Positions 9,270 to 18,713 of a stretch of 64,000 nt of DNA are shown here, in pieces. The stretch spans positions 1,629-65,628 of the forward strand of contig DRMV01000021.1 of the NCBI GenBank assembly GCA_011322445.1, in the 5' to 3' direction. The notes beneath the pieces were generated by a model that was given only the letters and a program-made list of their open reading frames with translations, was not told the origin of the DNA and did no database searches. The DNA comes from Chloroflexota bacterium (GTDB lineage: Bacteria; Chloroflexota; Anaerolineae; Anaerolineales; DRMV01). The position numbers and the translations under genes are program-made. Position 1 is the stretch's first letter. Every line of letters starts with the position of its first letter.

Positions 9270-10376
9270 ATGGACACGACCGCCATCACCGAGCAAGAAC
9301 TGCGCGAACTGGCCGAGATGGCCTTCGATGTGCCTGTGCTCTCGGTCTATCTCAACACCGCACCGACGTCAGGCAACGCCGACGACCATCGCGCCCGTCT
9401 GCGGGCAATGTTGAAACATACAGGCCTGAACGACGACGCCGAAGCCGTATTACGCTACTTCGAGCAAAGCCACCCCTGGAGCGGGCGCGGTGTGGCCGTG
9501 TTCTCGGCCCAGGCTGCCGATTTCTTCCGGGTTTACACCATGCAGGTCAGCGTGCGCGACCAGGTGTGGGAAAGCAAACACCCCTACGTTCGCCCGCTGG
9601 TTTCCCTTTTCGACGCCTACGGCTACTATGGCGTGGTGCTGATCGACAAAACCCGGGCCCGCTTCTTCCTCTTCCACCTGGGCGTGCTCACCGAGCAAGA
9701 TGGCTTCGAAGGGCAGGAAGTCCGCCAGGTCAAAGCAGGCGGCGGTTCGTCGGCGCGGGGGCGACGGGTTGGCGCACCGGGGCTGGATAACTACATCGCC
9801 GAGGTGGTCGAGCGCAACATGCGGGAAGCCGCCCACGCGGCGATGCGCTTCTTTACCCGCCATAAAGTGCGGCGCATTTTGCTGGGCGGCAGCGAAGAAA
9901 ACGTCGCCCTCTTCCGCAAAATGCTGCCCAAGCGCTGGCAAAGCCTGATTGTGGGCGCATTCCCCATGGAAATGCGCGCCAGCCATGCCGAAGTGTGGCA
10001 AAAAGCCATGGAAATCGGCGAAGCAGCCGAGCGCAAGCAGGAAGCCCGGCTTCTGGAGCGCCTGCAAACCGAGGCAGCGCGCGGCGGGCTGGCCGTGCTG
10101 GGGTTAGACGAGACCTTAGGCGCCGTCCACGAAGGGCGGGCGCACATCGTGGTGGTGGAAGAAGGCTACCAGGAAGCCGGCTATCGCTGCACCGGCTGCG
10201 GCTTCCTGACCACTCAGGCGATGGAAACCTGCCCCTTCTGCGGCAGCCCCTTTGAGCAGGTGCCCGATGCCGTGGAACTGGTGGTGCGCAAAGCCCTCGA
10301 CGAAGGCGCCGAGGTGGAAATGGTGCCCCGCCCGCTGGACGAAATCGGCCACATCGGGGCCCTGTTACGCTATTGA
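9270..10376 (+). CDS. eRF1-fold (Vms1/Ankzf1- or baeRF-like) protein with C-terminal zinc ribbon
   Basis: Track ORF 9219..10376 trimmed to ATG 9270 (AAGGAGG 7 nt upstream). N-terminal VLSVYLNT...DHRARLRAML pattern, central Gly-rich loop VKAGGGSSARGRR at the position of the GGQ/GSQ loop, C-terminal CTGCG...CPFCG zinc ribbon. The family assignment is from pattern memory, not a search. Confidence 0.55.
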   Translation: MDTTAITEQELRELAEMAFDVPVLSVYLNTAPTSGNADDHRARLRAMLKHTGLNDDAEAVLRYFEQSHPWSGRGVAVFSAQAADFFRVYTMQVSVRDQVWESKHPYVRPLVSLFDAYGYYGVVLIDKTRARFFLFHLGVLTEQDGFEGQEVRQVKAGGGSSARGRRVGAPGLDNYIAEVVERNMREAAHAAMRFFTRHKVRRILLGGSEENVALFRKMLPKRWQSLIVGAFPMEMRASHAEVWQKAMEIGEAAERKQEARLLERLQTEAARGGLAVLGLDETLGAVHEGRAHIVVVEEGYQEAGYRCTGCGFLTTQAMETCPFCGSPFEQVPDAVELVVRKALDEGAEVEMVPRPLDEIGHIGALLRY

Positions 10377-10397
10377 CCCCTTGTAACGGTAAAAGCA

Positions 10398-10431
10398 ACG
10401 GCCAGGCGGAAGTTTCGCCTGGCCGTTTTTC
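10398..10431 (+). terminator. intrinsic terminator (usable from both convergent genes)
   Basis: Stem AACGGCCAGGCG / CGCCTGGCCGTT followed by TTTTCG. An A-run lies on the other side. Confidence 0.7.
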
Positions 10432-10452
10432 GTTGGCTCTGAGAGGAAAAAA

Positions 10453-11007
10453 TCAATCGGTAAACACCGGCAAGTGCCCCAGCGCAATGATATCGCGCCA
10501 TTTTGCCCGGTCCCCCTCGGTAAAAATTGCCGCCTCGGCCACCACCTGCGCGCCAGCCTTGTCCATCACCAGCCGCATGCCCTGCAACGTCGACCCGGTG
10601 CTGATGACGTCATCCACCAGCACCACGCGCTTGCCTTTCAGCATGGCGCGGTCCTTCTCATCGAGGTAAAGCGTCTGCGGCTTGCCGGTGGTAATGGAAA
10701 GGGTTTCGGCCTGAATGGTGTTGCCCATGTAGGGCTTGTAAGCCTTGCGAAGCACGACGTAGGGCTTGCGGGTGCGTAGGGCCAGAGCATAAATCAATGG
10801 AATACTCTTGGCTTCAGCCGTGACCAAGACGTCAAAATCTACATTTTTCAGACGCTCAGCCAAAGCCTCGGCCGCGGCTTCGGTGAGTTCCACATCGCCC
10901 AGAATGTTGAGCACAGCAATCCGCACCCCCGGCGCAACCTCAAAAAGCGGCAAATCTCGTTTCACCCCCGCAATTTCAACAGAATAGACCTCACGACCTT
11001 CTCCCAT
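10453..11007 (-). CDS. phosphoribosyltransferase (type I PRTase, purine/adenine PRT-like)
   Basis: Track ORF 10453..11145 trimmed to ATG 11007 (GAAGGAGGAAGG upstream). PRPP-binding motif VVLVDDVISTGSTL. 184 aa. Confidence 0.8.
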   Translation of the reverse strand: MGEGREVYSVEIAGVKRDLPLFEVAPGVRIAVLNILGDVELTEAAAEALAERLKNVDFDVLVTAEAKSIPLIYALALRTRKPYVVLRKAYKPYMGNTIQAETLSITTGKPQTLYLDEKDRAMLKGKRVVLVDDVISTGSTLQGMRLVMDKAGAQVVAEAAIFTEGDRAKWRDIIALGHLPVFTD

Positions 11008-11080
11008 GCCTTCCTCCTTCAAAACAGAATAGGGCTTGGGTGCCCGCTCAATTATACTCGCGAGTCGGCAAGGCGGCGCG

Positions 11081-11118
11081 AAAAAACGCTCACGCCAGGG
11101 AAAACCACGGGCGTGAGC
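11081..11118 (-). terminator. intrinsic terminator after the Memo-like gene
   Basis: On the minus strand, stem GCTCACGCC / GGCGTGAGC followed by GTTTTTTCG. Confidence 0.75.
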
Positions 11119-11175
11119 CGCTTCACAACATCTTCGCTTTGGCACGCGCGTGCCCCCTCCTGCGCGCGAAACCCT

Positions 11176-12030
11176 TTACCGCAACACCGCCACCGCACCA
11201 TAGCCCACCACGGCGCTGGTATCGCCAGTGACATCCCCCGAGGAAGCGCGTTTGAGCACCACCGCCCGTCGCGCCCCCAAGGCCTTGGTGGCCCACAACA
11301 TAGACGCAATCGGCCCTGCGCCGCAGGCAAAGCCGACGCCTCGGGCTTCGGCTTCCAGCACGGCCAGTGGGTCCATGGCGGCCACGCGGCGCAACATTTC
11401 CTCATCCAGGGGGCGCGCCACGGTTTCCGGGTAGTAATGCGAGAGATCGCTGCTGGCCACCACCAAAGCAGGGCGCTCGGCCAGCACCTCGGCCAGGGCT
11501 TCCCCCACGGCGCGACAAACTTCAGGCCGATAATCGCGCATCATCAACGGCAACAGCGTAAAAGCGCCTCGCAGGGCCCGCTGGAGGAAGGGCAATTCCA
11601 TTTCCAACGCATGCTCTGGATCGTTCGCCACACGCTGGAATGCCCCGCCCCCCCGTCGCTGCACACCTGCTTCCCACGCCGCCAGCAGGTCGTGCGCCAC
11701 AGGCACTTCGCCCAAAGGGGTGGCGTAAGCCTCGTGAGCAGTGGTCAGCAAGGTCGCCTCGTAGGGGTAATGCATGGGGGAAAGCACCGCCACGACTTCC
11801 GGCGCTTGACCCCGTACAGCAGCAAAAGCATAACCCGCCACCGGCCCGGAATATTGAATGCCCGCATGCGGCGCAACCAGCCCTATCACCTCACCCCCCA
11901 GCGGCGGCATCGCCTCGGCTGCCGCCGCCAGGTAGCCATCGACCATTGCCGCCAGGGCTTCCGGGCGCGCCGGATACCATTGCCCGGCAATCGGCGAGGG
12001 ACGAACAGGGGTAATGGTCCTCCCAAACAT
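11176..12030 (-). CDS. MEMO1-family protein (AmmeMemoRadiSam system protein B-like)
   Basis: Track ORF 11176..12321 trimmed to ATG 12030 (GGGAGGGAG upstream). Motifs GQWYPA and APHAGIQYSG are typical of Memo/dioxygenase-B-like proteins. 284 aa. Confidence 0.8.
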   Translation of the reverse strand: MFGRTITPVRPSPIAGQWYPARPEALAAMVDGYLAAAAEAMPPLGGEVIGLVAPHAGIQYSGPVAGYAFAAVRGQAPEVVAVLSPMHYPYEATLLTTAHEAYATPLGEVPVAHDLLAAWEAGVQRRGGGAFQRVANDPEHALEMELPFLQRALRGAFTLLPLMMRDYRPEVCRAVGEALAEVLAERPALVVASSDLSHYYPETVARPLDEEMLRRVAAMDPLAVLEAEARGVGFACGAGPIASMLWATKALGARRAVVLKRASSGDVTGDTSAVVGYGAVAVLR

Positions 12031-12063
12031 GGCTCCCTCCCTTCTCAACGCGAAGTCGCTTAA

Positions 12064-12072
12064 ATTGTAGCA
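12064..12072 (-). promoter_or_regulatory. extended -10 promoter (TGCTACAAT) for the Memo-like gene
   Basis: Minus-strand TGCTACAAT about 35 nt upstream of ATG 12030. No clear -35 element. Confidence 0.45.
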
Positions 12073-12169
12073 CGCCGCACAAGGGGGAAATCCCCGCAAA
12101 CCTGTGGATAACCGGGCGTTTCCTGGGGAAAACTCGCGGTATTTGGGGAAAACTTTTTTTTGCAAAAGC

Positions 12170-12199
12170 AACGCGCGCCCCAAAATTTTGGGGCGCGTT
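12170..12199. terminator. palindromic GC hairpin, bidirectional-terminator-like
   Basis: AACGCGCGCCCCAAAATTTTGGGGCGCGTT, flanked by a T8 run on the plus side (A-run on the minus side) and GCTTTTGC on the minus side. Confidence 0.55.
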
Positions 12200-12480
12200 G
12201 GCGTGCCTTCCCAGATATGGCGGGCGCGATAACCCTGGGGATGTTTTTCGGAAAACTGTGGAAAAGATTTCCCCATCTCATCCCCACAAGCGAGGAAAAC
12301 TACCTTCCCTATGCCCCCCAAATATCGGGGCCACCACCGCTATTTCTGCCTTCAGTGCCATATCTTGGGGAACCCGCCGCGTTCTTCCCCTTTTCCCCAA
12401 CCCCTACGGCGGCTACGACAATCATTCTTTCTTATGTGATGGGGAAAGTAAAACCGGCCTGCCCTTTCACCCCAACCAGA

Positions 12481-12507
12481 AAGCCCCCTGAAAACTCAGG
12501 GGGCTTC
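12481..12507 (-). terminator. hairpin immediately downstream of the aminotransferase gene
   Basis: On the minus strand, GAAGCCCCCTGA-GTTT-TCAGGGGGCTTTC followed by TGGTTGG. The U-tract is weak. Confidence 0.5.
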
Positions 12508-12525
12508 GAAAGGCACCACAAGGGG

Positions 12526-13611
12526 TTAGAGCAAGCCTTTGTTTTTGAGAAATTCGTCCATTGCGGCCAAAAGGGTGTCGATATCGCTCATTTGCAATTC
12601 GCCCATGTGAGCAATGCGGAAGGTTTTGCCCTTGAGCGCGCCGTAGCCGTTGGCAATGCGCATGTCGCGTTCCAGCAGGAAGGCATTGATTTCGCCCACA
12701 TCCAGGCCGTGCGTGTTACGGATGGCCGTCACGGTTTTGGAGCGATAACCTTCGGCCGCGAACAAATCAAGACCCCGGGAAAGCGCCCACGAGCGCACGC
12801 GCTTGGCCATGGCTTCGTGGCGGGCAAAGCGGGCTTCCAGCCCTTCTGCGAGAATGCGGTCGAGCTGGTAGTCGAGGGCAAAGACCAGCGAAACGGCGGG
12901 GGTCGCGGGGGTGGAATCCTTCAAGCGGTGCTTTTCCAGGCGCAGGAAGTCGAAATACCAGCCGCGATGCGGCACTTGCTCGGCACGCGCCATGGCACGG
13001 TCGGAAACCGCACCTAATGCCAGGCCGGGCGGCAGGGCAAGGCATTTCTGGGACGAGGTGAGCACCATGTCAAGCCCCCAGGCATCCATTTCCAACTTGG
13101 CGCCGCCCAGCGAAGAGACGGCATCGACGCAGATGAGCGTGTCGGGGCTGATTTCGTGCACCACCGCGGCGATGTCTTTGATGGGGTTTTCCAGCCCTAC
13201 CGAAGTTTCGTTGTGTACCACGGTGATGATTTCGTAGTGATCTTTTTTCAGGGCTTCGGCCACGGCTTCCGGGGTTACCGGCTGCCCCCATTCGATTTCC
13301 AGGCGGGTGACGTTTTTGCCGTTGGTTTCGGCCACTTCGGCCCAGCGTTTGCCGAAAGCACCGTTGACACAGGCCAGCACTTTTTCCCTGGCCAGGTTGC
13401 GCACGGCGGCTTCCTGCAGGCCGGTGCCGGAAGATGCGGTGATGAACACGCGATATTGCGTGAAGAACAACTGGCGTGCTTTTTGCTCAGCGCGGTGGAA
13501 GACGGTCTCAAACTCGGCGCTGCGGTGAGGAATCATGGGATGGGTTTGCGCCTGGAGGACGTCTTCCGCGACATCCACCGGGCCGGGCACGAACATGGGA
13601 GACATGGTCAA
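12526..13611 (-). CDS. class V pyridoxal-phosphate aminotransferase (serine-pyruvate/alanine-glyoxylate/phosphoserine type)
   Basis: 361 aa. Class V fold pattern with PLP-lysine context TSSQKCLALPPG and N-terminal FVPGPV. Confidence 0.85.
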   Translation of the reverse strand: MTMSPMFVPGPVDVAEDVLQAQTHPMIPHRSAEFETVFHRAEQKARQLFFTQYRVFITASSGTGLQEAAVRNLAREKVLACVNGAFGKRWAEVAETNGKNVTRLEIEWGQPVTPEAVAEALKKDHYEIITVVHNETSVGLENPIKDIAAVVHEISPDTLICVDAVSSLGGAKLEMDAWGLDMVLTSSQKCLALPPGLALGAVSDRAMARAEQVPHRGWYFDFLRLEKHRLKDSTPATPAVSLVFALDYQLDRILAEGLEARFARHEAMAKRVRSWALSRGLDLFAAEGYRSKTVTAIRNTHGLDVGEINAFLLERDMRIANGYGALKGKTFRIAHMGELQMSDIDTLLAAMDEFLKNKGLL

Positions 13612-13662
13612 CCTCCTAAGGGCGAAGATGGGTCAGGGAGATTGTAACACGCCTCGGCGGGC

Positions 13663-14262
13663 CTAACACGCGCCGGGGAAGAGGAAGGGAAACACGGTGC
13701 ACCAGAAACTGGCCGGGGCAAAGTAGAGGAAAACACCCACGGCAACGCAGACAAACACCAGCGCCGCGATCAAAATCAGGAGCCAGGCGGTCGATCGGCG
13801 TTTGGTCGGGGCCGATGGAGGGCGTGCGGCAGCAGGCGCCGGGCGCGCGGGCGCGGGGGCGGCAGGCGGCGGGGAAGGCGGCGGAGCCGGAGGAGCGGCG
13901 GCCGGCGGTGCAGCCTGCAACGTTTCGGCCGAGATGGCCACCGTCGCGTTGGGGTCGGTGACCTGTTCGTAAACCAACACCACTTTCGGGCCTAAGCGTA
14001 CTTCGTCGCCCGGCTGAAGGGGATGGGGGGCCGTGAGGCGCTGGCCGTTGACGAAGGTGCCGTTGGTCGAGCCGAGATCTTCGAGAATGTAGCCGTTTTC
14101 TTGGCGCGTCAGGCGGGCGTGGCGGCGGGAGATGTCGGCTTCGGCAATGACGATGTCGTTGTGCGCGTCGCGCCCGATGTGAATTTCCGCACTTTCCAGC
14201 GCGTAAGCGGTGCCGATGATGCCTCCTGCTCTGACCACCAGCCGATAGAGCGAGCCGTTCAT
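13663..14262 (-). CDS. FHA-domain membrane protein
   Basis: Track ORF 13663..14385 trimmed to ATG 14262 (AAGGAGG upstream). FHA signature GRDAHNDIVI...SRRHARL...DLGSTNGTFVNG, then a Pro/Ala-rich linker and a C-terminal TM helix. Confidence 0.85.
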   Translation of the reverse strand: MNGSLYRLVVRAGGIIGTAYALESAEIHIGRDAHNDIVIAEADISRRHARLTRQENGYILEDLGSTNGTFVNGQRLTAPHPLQPGDEVRLGPKVVLVYEQVTDPNATVAISAETLQAAPPAAAPPAPPPSPPPAAPAPARPAPAAARPPSAPTKRRSTAWLLILIAALVFVCVAVGVFLYFAPASFWCTVFPFLFPGAC

Positions 14263-14389
14263 AAGAAGTCCTCCTTTTTCCAACATAGGGGCGGCGGAAA
14301 TCGGGGTTGGGGTGTGGGGGGGGGCGGTGTCTCCCGCTGCCGTTGTGCGGAGCATTGTTGCATCGGGAAAGCAAAGCGTTGACATTCTT

Positions 14390-14398
14390 ACTATAGCA
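14390..14398 (-). promoter_or_regulatory. extended -10 promoter (TGCTATAGT) for the FHA gene
   Basis: Minus-strand TGCTATAGT directly downstream of the dnaK terminator. Confidence 0.4.
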
Positions 14399-14431
14399 TA
14401 AAAAACAGCCCTTGCGTTGACGCAAGGGCTG
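14399..14431 (-). terminator. intrinsic terminator after dnaK
   Basis: On the minus strand, CAGCCCTTGCG-TCAA-CGCAAGGGCTG followed by TTTTTTA. Confidence 0.85.
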
Positions 14432-14460
14432 GGGGAATGCCTGGGGAAGGCAGCGCCGCC

Positions 14461-16377
14461 TTAGGCTTCGCGGAATTCACCGTCTACTACTTCGCTTTCA
14501 CCGTCATCGGGTTTGCTTTCCCCGCCCGGGGTGGCGGTGCCGCCATTCGCGCCGGGCGCGCTGCCGCTGGTTTGTTGCTGTTGGTAGAGCTGCTGGCTGA
14601 GCGCGTGCCACATTTGTTGTACTTCTTCAGTCAGGCGCTTGATGTGTTCGGTATCTTCGCCTTTCATCGCTTCTTTCAGTTCGTTGACCTTGTTCTGGAT
14701 GCGCTCGCGCTCACCGGCGGGCAGTTTGTCGCCCAGTTCGCGCATGGCTTTTTCGGTTTGGTAGACCATCGCGTCGGCCGCGTTGCGGGCTTCCACCAGT
14801 TCGCGGCGGCGCTGGTCTTCTGCCTCGTGGGCTTTGGCTTCTTGTACCATCCGCTCGACTTCTTCTTTGCTCAGATTGGTCGAGGCGGTGATGGTCACCT
14901 GCTGTTCTTTACCGGTGGCACGGTCGCGTGCCGTGACGTTGAGGATGCCATTGGCGTCGATGTCAAAGGTGACCTCGATTTGCGGCACGCCACGCGGCGC
15001 AGGCGGGATGCCTTCCAGCCGGAAGCGGCCCAGGCTCATGTTGTCGGCTGCCATCGGGCGCTCGCCCTGGAGTACGTGGATGTCTACGGCGGTTTGGTTG
15101 TCGGTCGCGGTGCTGAAGATTTCGGTCTTCTTCACCGGGATGGTGGTGTTACGCGGGATGAGTACGGTCATCACGCCGCCTTCGGTTTCCACGCCCAGGC
15201 TCAGCGGGGTGACATCCAGCAGAAGGACGTCTTTCACTTCACCCGCGAGCACGCCGGCCTGAATGGCCGCGCCGATGGCAACCACTTCGTCGGGGTTGAC
15301 GCCTTTGTGCGGCTCTTTGCCGGTCAGTTGACGCACCAGTTGCTGCACCATCGGCATGCGGGTTGCCCCACCGACCAGCACCACTTCGTTCAGGTCTTGC
15401 GGCTGCAGGTTGGCGTCTTTCAGCGCCGCGTAGAAGGGGCCTTTCAGCCGTTCTACCAGGTCTTCGGTGAGTTGCTCGAACTTAGCCCGGGTGATCTTGG
15501 TCACCAGGTGTTTGGGGCCGTCTTGCGTGAGGGTGATGTAAGGCAGGTTGACTTCGGTTTCCATCACGGTGGAAAGTTCGATCTTGGCCTTTTCGGCAGC
15601 CTCACGCAGGCGCTGGAGGGCATCCTTCTGCTGGCGCAGGTCGATGCCGTGTTCTTTCTGGAATTCGTCGGCAAGGTAGTTCACCAGGCGCTCGTCCCAG
15701 TTGTCGCCACCCAGGTGCGTATCGCCATTGGTGGCTTTCACCTCGATGACGCCCTCGCCCACTTCCAGGATGGAAACATCGAACGTACCACCGCCCAGGT
15801 CGAAGACCAGGATGGTTTCGTTGGTCTTCTTATCCAGCCCGTAGGCCAGGGCTGCCGCGGTCGGTTCGTTGATGATGCGCAGCACTTCCAGACCGGCGAT
15901 TTTGCCGGCGTCTTTGGTGGCCTGGCGCTGGCTGTCGTTGAAGTAGGCGGGTACCGTGATCACAGCCTTGGTGACCGGCTCGCCCAGGTAGGCTTCGGCG
16001 TCAGCCTTGAGTTTGGCGAGAATCATCGCCGAAATCTCTTGGGGCGTGTAGTCTTTTCCGGTGGCCGGAATGTGAACGCGCGCATCGCCCGCGGGTCCCT
16101 TGATGACTTTGTAAGAGACCATCTTGCGTTCTTCTTCGACCTCATCGTAGCGCCGCCCCATGAAGCGCTTGATGGAGTAGATGGTGTTCTCGGAGTTGGT
16201 AATGGCTTGCCGTTTGGCAAGTTGCCCGACCAGTCGCTCTCCGCTTTTGGTGAAAGCAACCACCGACGGGCAAAGACGCGAACCCTCGGCGGTGGGAATG
16301 ACGACCGGATTGCCGCCTTCCATCACTGCTACCACACTGTTTGTCGTCCCCAGGTCAATGCCAATGATCTTGGCCAT
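14461..16377 (-). CDS. dnaK: molecular chaperone DnaK (Hsp70)
   Basis: 638 aa. Unmistakable Hsp70 sequence ([27 protein letters not shown]). AAGAGGAGG upstream. Confidence 0.98.
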   Translation of the reverse strand: MAKIIGIDLGTTNSVVAVMEGGNPVVIPTAEGSRLCPSVVAFTKSGERLVGQLAKRQAITNSENTIYSIKRFMGRRYDEVEEERKMVSYKVIKGPAGDARVHIPATGKDYTPQEISAMILAKLKADAEAYLGEPVTKAVITVPAYFNDSQRQATKDAGKIAGLEVLRIINEPTAAALAYGLDKKTNETILVFDLGGGTFDVSILEVGEGVIEVKATNGDTHLGGDNWDERLVNYLADEFQKEHGIDLRQQKDALQRLREAAEKAKIELSTVMETEVNLPYITLTQDGPKHLVTKITRAKFEQLTEDLVERLKGPFYAALKDANLQPQDLNEVVLVGGATRMPMVQQLVRQLTGKEPHKGVNPDEVVAIGAAIQAGVLAGEVKDVLLLDVTPLSLGVETEGGVMTVLIPRNTTIPVKKTEIFSTATDNQTAVDIHVLQGERPMAADNMSLGRFRLEGIPPAPRGVPQIEVTFDIDANGILNVTARDRATGKEQQVTITASTNLSKEEVERMVQEAKAHEAEDQRRRELVEARNAADAMVYQTEKAMRELGDKLPAGERERIQNKVNELKEAMKGEDTEHIKRLTEEVQQMWHALSQQLYQQQQTSGSAPGANGGTATPGGESKPDDGESEVVDGEFREA

Positions 16378-16602
16378 AGAAAACCTCCTCTTTTTCGGGT
16401 TCAGGCTGCGGGGCCTGTTGTTTTCCTTAGGTGTGCATCTTTAGCATACCAGCACTTTGCAAGAAGTTTATTAACAGGGCGTAGGAAAAAGATTAGAGTG
16501 GAAAAGGCTCAAGGCGAGGGAAAGCGTGGTAGACTTTAAGCGAGTGGCGACACTCATTGCTTGCATCCGATGTTTCCTACCATACCAAGGAGGAAGTGCA
16601 AG

Positions 16603-18060
16603 ATGAAAGCCAAAAAGTTACTTGCTCTGATCGCCCTTCTGGCCTTTGTGTTGCCTGCCGTGCTGACGGCGTGCGCGCCGAAGGCCACGCCGACGCCAGC
16701 GGCGCCGGTCAAGACTGAAGCCCCCGCGGCCACGGAAGCGCCTGCGGCGACCGAGGCCCCGGCGGCGACCGAAGCGCCTACCAAGGCCCCCGAGAGCCCC
16801 TTGGGCGTCAAGCCGGAGGACCTGCAAGGCGTGACCATCACGTTCTGGCACGTCTGGAGCCGCGGCACCGGTGAACAACTCCAGAAACTGGTGGATGAGT
16901 TCAACGCCACCAACAAGTGGGGCATCACCGTGAAGGCCGAAAACCAGCAAGGCTATGGCCAGATGTTCGACAAGATGAACGCGGCCATCAACTCCGGCGA
17001 CCTGCCCAATATCGTGGTGGGTTACAACAACCAGATGGCGGCGTGGGACGATGCCGGCGGCGTGATCGCCGATATGAACCCTTACGTCAACGACCCGGTT
17101 TATGGCCTCACCAAAGAGGAACAGGCAGACTTCTACCCCACGTTCTGGAATCAGGACGTGATGAATGGCAAACGCCTGGGCTTCCCGGTGATGCGCTCGG
17201 CGCAGGTGATGTTCTACAATGTCACCTGGGCAAAAGAACTCGGCTTTGACAACCCACCGAAGACCATTGACGAGTTCAAAGCCCAGACTTGCGCTGCGGC
17301 CAAAGCCAACAACAGCGATGATAACCCCGACAACGACGGCACCGGCGGCTACATTTTGAAACCGGGGGCTTCGGTAATCGCTAACTGGATTTGGGCCTTT
17401 GGTGGCGACATTGTGGATGCCAGCGGTAAGTACACGCTCGACACCCCGCAGGCTGTGGAAGCCCTCACTTACCTGAAAGACCTCTACGATGCTGGCTGCA
17501 TCTGGAGCGGTGTGAACAAGTACCCGAACCCCGAGTTCGCTACTCGCCAGGCGCTGTTTACCACCAGCAGCATCGCCGGTTTGCCCTACCAGGCCAAAGC
17601 GATGAAGGAAAACAACAGCACCGATGAGTGGACGCTCATCCCCTTCCCCTCCAAGACCGGCAAGCCGGTGATGGATGTCTACGGGCCTTCCTTCGCGATT
17701 GTGAAATCTACCCCCGAGCAGGAACTGGCTTCCTGGCTGTTCATCAAGTGGTTCACCTCGCCTGAGAACCAGGCTAAGTGGGTGGAAGCCAGCGGCTACT
17801 TCCCCACCCGCAAAGCCACCTTCAAGTACCTGGGTGACTACATCAAGGCGCACCCGCAATGGGCTGCCGTGCGCGCGATGGTGGAAGCCGGTTACGGCAA
17901 GTTTGAGCCGCGCGATGCTTCCTGGAATGCTGTGCGCCAGGCGATGGGTGAGGCTTACGCCCAGATCTTCCAGCAAGACTTCAAGAAAGACCAGATTCCG
18001 CAGGTGTTGAAAGACCTGCAAAAGCAGGCGGAAGAGGCTTACGCCGAAGCCCATCAGTAA
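16603..18060 (+). CDS. ABC transporter substrate-binding lipoprotein, family 1 (sugar-type), solitary
   Basis: Track ORF 16561..18060 trimmed to ATG 16603 (AGGAGGAAG upstream). Lipobox LTAC. The post-signal linker contains an 18-bp repeat encoding APAATE x3 (about 16717-16775). No permease or ATPase genes are adjacent. Confidence 0.8.
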   Translation: MKAKKLLALIALLAFVLPAVLTACAPKATPTPAAPVKTEAPAATEAPAATEAPAATEAPTKAPESPLGVKPEDLQGVTITFWHVWSRGTGEQLQKLVDEFNATNKWGITVKAENQQGYGQMFDKMNAAINSGDLPNIVVGYNNQMAAWDDAGGVIADMNPYVNDPVYGLTKEEQADFYPTFWNQDVMNGKRLGFPVMRSAQVMFYNVTWAKELGFDNPPKTIDEFKAQTCAAAKANNSDDNPDNDGTGGYILKPGASVIANWIWAFGGDIVDASGKYTLDTPQAVEALTYLKDLYDAGCIWSGVNKYPNPEFATRQALFTTSSIAGLPYQAKAMKENNSTDEWTLIPFPSKTGKPVMDVYGPSFAIVKSTPEQELASWLFIKWFTSPENQAKWVEASGYFPTRKATFKYLGDYIKAHPQWAAVRAMVEAGYGKFEPRDASWNAVRQAMGEAYAQIFQQDFKKDQIPQVLKDLQKQAEEAYAEAHQ

Positions 18061-18084
18061 ACCGCTCTGCGTAGGGAACGCCAA

Positions 18085-18115
18085 CGCCCCCGACCTCGTC
18101 GGGGGCGTTTTGTTT
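18085..18115 (+). terminator. intrinsic terminator between convergent SBP and cysC genes
   Basis: CGCCCCCGA-CCTCG-TCGGGGGCG followed by TTTTGTTT. Confidence 0.85.
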
Positions 18116-18142
18116 CACTTTGGCGCGTCACGCCGCAGCAGG

Positions 18143-18682
18143 TCAGTTTAGCGGCAGCAGCCAGCCGCGGCTTTCCAGATATTGCAGCACTTTCTGGACG
18201 CTTTCTTCGACGGTTTCCTCTGCCGTGTGGCAGATGACTTCGGGGTTTTCCGGCGGTTCGTAGGGGTCGGAGATGCCGGTGAAGTTTTGAATTTCGCCCG
18301 CAAGGGCTTTTTTGTAAAGGCCTTTCACGTCGCGGCGGATGACCTCTTCCAGCGGGGCTTCTACGAACACTTCGACGAAGTTAGGAATGCGCTCGCGCAC
18401 TTTGTTGCGCGTCTCGCGATAGGGGGAAATCAGGGCGCACACCGCGGCCACGCCGTTGCGGCTCAGCACTTCGGCAACCCACCCCACGCGTAACACGTTG
18501 GTATCCCGATCTTCTTTCGAAAACCCCAGCCCTTTGCTAAGGTTGGTGCGGATGACGTCGCCATCCAGCACTTCCACTTTCATGTTCCGGCGGCGGAGTT
18601 CTTCGGCGACCCGGTGGGCAATGGTGGATTTCCCCGCGCCGGAAAGGCCGGTGAACCAAACGGTAAAGCCTTCATGTTCCAT
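18143..18682 (-). CDS. cysC: adenylyl-sulfate kinase (APS kinase)
   Basis: 179 aa. P-loop GLSGAGKST and a typical APS-kinase sequence throughout. Confidence 0.95.
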   Translation of the reverse strand: MEHEGFTVWFTGLSGAGKSTIAHRVAEELRRRNMKVEVLDGDVIRTNLSKGLGFSKEDRDTNVLRVGWVAEVLSRNGVAAVCALISPYRETRNKVRERIPNFVEVFVEAPLEEVIRRDVKGLYKKALAGEIQNFTGISDPYEPPENPEVICHTAEETVEESVQKVLQYLESRGWLLPLN

Positions 18683-18713
18683 AGTGTTGTGCTCCTGAAT
18701 TTAAGTTGTGGCG

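Noticed and set aside
10453-11145. Long N-terminal extensions offered by the track for many genes (10453..11145, 11176..12321, 13663..14385, 26326..27570, 27228..29036, 30599..31777, 33039..34049, 54471..55100, 6442..7920)
   Set aside because: The extensions are low-complexity and run through terminators, promoters or upstream genes. Internal ATG/GTG codons preceded by GGAGG-type sites and matching family N-termini were preferred.
14437-16539. 700-aa plus-strand ORF, one of the longest in the track
   Set aside because: It lies exactly antisense to dnaK, whose identity is unmistakable. Its product is a Gly/Val/Ala/His-rich mirror-frame artefact typical of high-GC DNA.
16378-16602. Search for CIRCE (TTAGCACTC-N9-GAGTGCTAA) or HAIR operators upstream of dnaK, and likewise at 6691-6966 upstream of the J-protein gene
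   Set aside because: Three weak elements were found: a 5-bp-arm palindrome GAGTGGCGACACTC (16542-16555), a TTAGCATACCAGCACTTT segment with poor symmetry, and a direct TTAGAGT-N4-TTAGAGT repeat (about 6857-6877). None matches the known operators well enough to call.
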